Shown here: piece by piece, positions 57,635 through 64,000 of the stretch
Position numbering within the stretch: the first letter of the stretch is position 1
Layout of the letters: every line of letters begins with the position of its first letter
Assembly: GCF_009914755.1 (NCBI RefSeq)
Contig: NC_060940.1
Strand: one strand, 5' to 3'
DNA from: the human T2T-CHM13v2.0 reference genome, Homo sapiens
Length of the DNA stretch: 64,000 nucleotides
Translations under genes and position numbers: made by a program
Notes under the pieces: generated by a model
The model's database searches: none
Told to the model about the DNA's origin: nothing
What the model saw: the letters and a program-made list of their open reading frames with translations, nothing else

Positions 57635-57661
57635 ATTAAAAGTAATCTTCAAAGAAAAAAA
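57635..57661 (+). promoter_or_regulatory. ATTAAA poly(A) signal and A-rich tail ending the transduced transcript
   Basis: attaaa at 57635-57640, a 10-nt spacer, then aaagaaaaaaa (57651-57661) directly before the 3' TSD. Confidence 0.75.
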
Positions 57662-60600
57662 AGAAAGAAATGGTATGTGAAACTGCTTCATAATGTGAGC
57701 ATTCATCTCATAAAATTAAACATTTCTTTTGATTCAGCAGGTTGTAATGACTCTTTTTGTAGTATCTGTGAAGGGACATTTGGGAGACCATTGAGACCTA
57801 TGGCAAAAAAAGCGAATTTCCCCAGATAAAAACTACAAGGAAGTTAATTGTGAAACTGCTTTGTGATGTGTGGATTAATCTCACAGAGTTAAACCTTTCT
57901 TTTGATTCAGCTTCTTGGAAACACACTTTTTGTAGAATCTGCAAAGGGACATTTGGGAGCCAATTGAGGCCTATGGGGAAAACAAAATATCTCCAGATAA
58001 AAACTAGAAAGAAGATATCTCTGATACTGTTTTGTGATATGTGGAGCACCTCACACAGTTTAACCTTTCTTTTGCTCCAGCAGCTGGGAAACACTCTTTC
58101 TGGAGAATCTGAGAAGGGACAATTGGGAGCCCATTGAGGCCCAAAGGGAAAAACTGAATATCCCCAGACAAAAACGAGAATGAAATTATCAGTGAAACTG
58201 ATCTGTGATATGTGGATTCATCTCATAGAGTGAAAACTTTCTTTTGATTCAGTAGGCCAGAAATACTCTTTGTAGAATCATCAAAGGGGCACTTGAGAGC
58301 CCATCAAGGCTTTTGAGGAAAAAGTGAATAAACTCAGATAAAAACTAGAAATAAGCTATCTGTGAAACTCCTTTGTGATGTTGGGGTTCCTCTCATAAAG
58401 CTAAATATTTCCCTGGATTCAGCAGATTGGAAACCCTCTTTTTGTAAAAACTGTGAAGGGAGATTTGGGAGCCCAGACACGCCTAGCGGAAAAACTGAAT
58501 ATCCCAAGATAAAAACCAGAAAGAACCTATCTGTGAAAATGCTTTGCAATGCGTGGATTCATCACACAGAGTTTAATTTGTTCTTTGATTCAGCAGGTTG
58601 GAAACACTATTTTGCAGAAATCATGAGAGGACACTTTGCCAGTCAAAGAGGCCTATGGGAAAAATCAAATATCCCAAGATAAAAACTAGAAAAAAGCTTT
58701 CTCTGAAACTGCTTTCTAATGTTTGGATACATCTCACAAAGTTAAACATTTCTTTAGATTCAACAGGTGAGAAACAGTTTTTTGAAGAATCTGCAAATGG
58801 ACATTTGAGAGCCCATTAAGGCCTATGGGGAAAAATAAAATATCCCCAGATACAAACTAGAAAGAAGCTCTCTGTGAAACTGCTTTGTGATGTGTGGATT
58901 CATCTCACAGACTTAAACCTTTAAAATTTTTTGATTCATAAGGTTGAAACACTCTTTTCATAGAATCTGCAAAGGGACAATAAAGAGCCCATTGGAACCT
59001 GAGGACAAAAAACAGACTATCCCCAGATAAAAACTAGAAAGCAACTGTCTGTGAGACTGCTTTGTGATGTGTGCATTCATCTCACAGATTGAAACTTTCT
59101 TTTGATTCAGCAGGTTGGAAACTCTTTTCGGGGAATTTGTGAAGAAACATTTGGGAGCTTATTGAGGCCTATGGAAAAACAATGGCTATCTCCAGATAAA
59201 CACTAGAAAGAAGCTATCAGTGAAATTGTATTGTAATATGTGGATTCATCTTACCAAGTTATATCATTGTTTTGATTCAGCAGGTTGCAGAAACTTTTTT
59301 AAAAGAACCTGTGAAGGACCTTTTGAGAGCCCAATGAGAACTGTGGGGAAAACCTCATATCCCCGGATAAAATCTAGAAAGAAGCTATCTGTGAAACTGC
59401 TTTGTAATGTGTGGATTCATCTCACAGAGATAAACCTTTATTTTGATTGAGCAGGTTAGAACCACACTTTTTGGAGAATCAGTGTGGGGGCATTTTGGAG
59501 TCATTGAGGCCTATCAGGAAATACAAAATATCCCCAGATAAAAATTAGAGAAAAGCTATCTGTGAAACTGCTTTGTGATGTGTGGATTTATATCACAGAG
59601 TTGAACCCTTCTTTTGATTCAGCTCTTTGAAACAACTCTTTTGGAGAATATGCAGAGGGATATTTGGGAGCCAATTGTGGCCCATGGGGAAAAACTGAAT
59701 ATTCCCAGATTAAAACTAGAAAGAAGCTTTCTGTGAAACTACTTTGTGATGTGTGGATTCATCTTACTGAGTTAAACATTTCCTTTGATTCAGCTGGTTG
59801 GAGCCACTATTTTAGGAGAATCTGTGAAGGGACGTTTAGGAGCCCATTGAGGTCTATGGGGAGAAACAAAATATCCCCAGATAAAAACTGAAAACAATCT
59901 ATCTGTGAAACTGTTCTGTTATGTGTGGATTCAAATCACAGAGGTACACCTATTTTTGATTCAGCTGGTTGGAAACATTCTCTTTGGAGAATGTGGGAAA
60001 GGATATTTGGGAGCCGACTGTGACCTACAGGGAAAAACTGAATATCCCCAGATTAAATTGAAAAACAAGCTATCTGTGAAACTGCTTTGTGATGTGTGGA
60101 TTCATCTCACATAGGTAAAACTTTATTTTGATTCAAGAGGTTGGAACCTCTTTTTTTGTAGAAACTGTGAAGGGACATTTGGGAACACATTGACGCCTAT
60201 GTGGAAAAAGTGAACATCCCCAGATAATAAGTAGAAAGGAGCTACCTGTGACACTGCTTTGCGATGTGTGGGTTCTTCTCACAGAGTTAAACAGTTCTTT
60301 GGATTCAGCACGCTGAAAGCACCATTTTTGGATTATCTGGGAAAGGACATTTGGAAGTCCATTGAGGCCCATGGGAAAAATAGAATATCCTGATAAAAAC
60401 TTCAAAGAAGTTATCTGTGAAACTGCTTTTAAGGTGTCAATTCATTTCACTGAGTTGAATCTTTCTTTTGACACAGCAGGTTGGGTAGCCTCTGATTGGA
60501 GAATCTGTGAAGGGACATTTGGGAACCCATTGAGACCTATGGGGAAAAACAAAATAACCCCAAATAAAAACTAGAAATAAGCTATCTGTGAAATGGCTTT

Positions 60601-63600
60601 GTTATGGGTGGATTCATCTCACAGAGTTAAACCTTTCTTTTGATTCAGCAGGTTGGAGACACTCTTTTTAAAGAATCAGCAAAAAGATATTTTGGAGCCC
60701 TTTTGAAGCATTTGGGGAAAACAAAATATCCCCAGATAAAAACTAGAAAGAAGCTACTTGTGAAACTGCTTTGTGTTGTGTGGATTCATATCACAATGTT
60801 AAACCTTTCAATTCAGCAGGTTAGAAACACTTATTGGGGAATCTGTGAAGGGACATTTGGGAACCTCTTGAGGCCTATGGGAAAAAAACAAATATCGTTA
60901 GATAAATTCTAGAAAGAATGTGTCTGTGAAACTGCTTTGTTAAGAGTGGATTCATCTCACAGTGTTAAACCTTTCTTTTGATTCAGAAGGTTGGAAAAAC
61001 TCTCATTGGATAATCTGCACAGGGACATTTTGTAGCCCATTGAGGCCTACAGTGGAAAACAGAATATTCCCAGCTAAAAACTAGAAAGAAGCTGTCTGTG
61101 AAACTGCTTTTTAAATTGTGGATTCATCTCACAGTGTTAAACCTTTCTTTTGATTCAGCAGGATGGAAACACTCTTTGGAAAATCTGCGAAGGGATATTT
61201 CAGAGCCTATTGATGTCTACAGGGAAAAACGAATATCTCCAGATACAAACTAGAAAGAACCCATTTTGCAGAGATTTATCCCTGCTTTATGAGATAGGGA
61301 TTCATTTAACAGTGTAAACTTTTCTTTTGATCTAGCTGGTAGGAAACACTCTTTTTGGTTAATCTGTGAAGGGATATTTAGAAGTCCATTGTGGGCTATG
61401 GGGAAAAACTGAATATACCCAGATAAAAACTAGACAGAACCTAGCTCTGAAACTGCTTTGTGATATGTGGATTCATCTCACAAAATTAAACTTTTCTTCA
61501 GACACAGCTTGTTGAAAACACTTTTTGAAGAATCTGCCTAGGAACATTTGGGAACCCCTGAAGGCCTAAGGAAAAAAACAGAATATTCCCAGATAAGAAC
61601 TAGAAAGAACCTATCTCTGAAACTGCATTGTGATGTGTGGATTCATCTCATGAACTTAAGCATTTCTTTTGATTCAGGAGTTTGGAAACATTCTTTTTGC
61701 ACAATCTGTAAAGGGACATTTGAGAGCTCCTGGAGGCCTATGAGGAAAAACAAAATGTCCCTACATAAAAACTGGATAGAAGCTAACTGTCAAAATACTT
61801 TGTGATAAGTGGATTCACCTTACAAAGTTAAACATTTCTTTTGATTAATCAGGTTGGAAACATGCTTTTTGGAGACTATGTGAAGGGACATTTGGGGGCC
61901 CATTAGGGCTTATATGGCAAAACCAAATATCCCCAGTTAAAAACTAGAAAGAACTTATCGGTTAAACTGCTTGTGAAGTGTGGATTCATTCCACAGAGTT
62001 AAACTGTTCTATGATTCAGCAGACTGGGAACCCTTTTTTGCAGAATGTGCAAAAAGACCTTTTGGAGACCATTAAGGCCTAAGGGGCAAAACCGAATATC
62101 CCAAGAAAAAACTAGAAGGAAGCAATCTGTGAAACTGCTTTCTGATGTGTGGATTCATCTCACAGAGTTAAAACTTTCTTTTGATTTAGAAGGCTGGAAA
62201 CACTTTTTTTTAAAAATCATGTGAAGGGACTGTTTGGAGCCCATTGAGTCCTAGGGGGAAAAATCTGAATACCCCAGAAAAAAATAGAAAGAAATTATCA
62301 GTGAATCTGCTTTGTTATGTGTGGATTCATCTTACAGAGTTAAGCCTTTCTATTGATTCAGCCGCTTGGAAACACATTTTCCTTTTTAAGAATCTGTGAA
62401 GGGATATTTGGGAGCCCATTGAGCCCATTGAGGTAAAACTGAATATCTCCAGATAAAAACTTGAAAGCAGCTGTCTCTGAAATTGCTTTGAGATGTGTGG
62501 ATACATCTCACAGAGTTAAACCTTTTGTTTTTTTTTTGATTCAGCAGGTTGGAAAACCTCTTTTTAGAGAATCTGCAAAAAGACATTTGGGAGCATATTA
62601 AGGCCTAAGGGGAAAAACTGAGTATTCCAAGTTAAAAACTACAAAGAAATTATCTGTGAAACTGCTTTTGATGTGTGGATTCATATCAGAAACTTGAACT
62701 TTTCTTTTGATTCTGCAGATTGGAAGCACTCTTTTTGGAGAATCTGCGAAGAGACATTTGGGAGCCCTTCGAGGCCTATGGAGAAAAATTGAATACCCCC
62801 AGATAAAAACTAGCAAAAAGCTCTTTGAAACTGCTTGGTGATGTGTGGATTTATCTCACAGACATAAACTTGTTTTTTTGATTCAGTGTTTTGGAAAAAC
62901 TCTTTTTGGAGAATCTGTGAAGGGACATTCTGAGGCCTATGGAAATAAGCAAAATATCCCAGAAAACAAATAGAAACTAGCCATCTAGTGAAACTGCTTC
63001 GTGATATGTGGATTCATTGCACAGAGTAAAACCTCTCTTTTCATTCAGCAGGTTGGAAACACTTTTTTGGAGAATCTGCAAAGGGACACTTTGAAGCCCA
63101 TTGAAATCTACAGCGAAAAACTGAATATCTCCAATAAAAGTTAGAAAAAAGCTTTCTGAGAAACAGTTTGTGATGTGTGGATTCATCATAAACAGCTAAA
63201 ACTTTCTTTTCATTCAGAAGGTTGAAAACACTCTTTTTGGGGAATCTGTGAAAGGACATTTGGGAGCCCATTGAGGTCTATGGAGAAAAACCAAATATCC
63301 CCAGATAAAATTAGAAAGAAGCTATCTGTGAAATTACTTTGTGATGTATGGATTCATCTTCCAAAGTTAAAACTGTATTTTGATTAAGCAGGTTGGAAAC
63401 ACTCTTTTGGAGGATATGTGAGGTGATATTTGGGAGCGCTTTGAGGATCACAGGAAAAACCAAATATTCCTATATAAAAACTAGAAAGAATCTATCTATG
63501 AAACTGCTTTGTGATGTGCAGATCCATCTCACAGAGGTAAACCTTTCTTTTGATTCAGCAGGTTTTAAACAGTAGTTTTGGAGTGTCTGCAAAGAGACAT

Positions 63601-64000
63601 TTGGAAGCTTTTGGGGGCCTATAAAAAATTGAATTTCCCCACATAAAAACTACAAAAAAGCTATCTGTGAAACTACTTTGTGATGTGTGGATTCATCTCA
63701 CAGAGATAAACATTTCCTCTCATTCAGCAGGTTGGAAACACTCTTTTCAAAGTATCTGCAAAATGATATTTCAAAACCCATTGAGGCCTTGGGGGAAAAA
63801 CAGAATGTCCCCAGATAAAAACTACAAAGAAGCTATCTGTGAAACTGCTTTGTGATGTGTGGATTCTTTGCACAGATTTAAATTTTTGTCTTGATTCAGC
63901 AGCATGGAAACATTTCTTTTGGAGAATCAGCAAAGGGACATTTGAGAGCTTATTGAGGCCTAGGTGGTAAATTGAATATCCCCCAATAAAAACTAGAAGC
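57662..64000 (+). repeat. Divergent monomeric alpha satellite, forward orientation
   Basis: ~172 bp units with caggttggaaacactctttttggagaatctg...gggagcccattgaggcctatggggaaaaac. Confidence 0.97.

Larger units (their letters stand above)
56448..57650 (+). other. 3'-transduced non-alphoid, non-L1 genomic sequence (~1.2 kb)
   Basis: It lies between the L1's own A tail and a second A tail, inside the TSDs. Confidence 0.88.

Noticed and set aside
57383-57706. ORFs of 95 and 107 aa in the transduced segment
   Set aside because: They overlap the TG microsatellite (HTHT/VCVC), the A tail and alphoid sequence, and show no recognisable domain.

Overview
This is primate (probably human or great ape) pericentromeric DNA. 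About 95% of the window is old, divergent alpha satellite (alphoid) with ~171-172 bp monomers, and I saw no CENP-B boxes by eye. There are no genuine protein-coding or RNA genes: nearly all ORFs in the track are chance reading frames through alphoid monomers. The structure has five parts. (1) 1-~30.96 kb is alphoid on the minus strand, built from two alternating monomer types. (2) The strand switches at ~30,932-30,976, at a junction with short templated fragments and an 11-bp hairpin. (3) Plus-strand alphoid runs to the end and changes monomer type stepwise at ~34-35 kb, ~41 kb and ~45 kb, which resembles successive 'dead centromere' layers. (4) A complete MER9 (HERV-K HML-3) solo LTR at 53,481-53,991 has a 6-bp target-site duplication (TSD). 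(5) A 2.77-kb L1PA2-like insertion at 54,892-57,661 is 5'-truncated and inverted (twin priming), lacks ~116 bp internally, and carries a ~1.2-kb 3' transduction of euchromatic-type DNA (MLT1-like LTR, MIR-like piece, TG microsatellite) with its own ATTAAA and poly(A), all inside one 13-bp TSD. Shared private variants also reveal several local multimer duplications, which look like relic or incipient higher-order repeats (HORs). I found no evidence of a novel gene system; the best items are the L1 transduction and the inversion junction. Family names come from my recall of consensus sequences, not from a database search.
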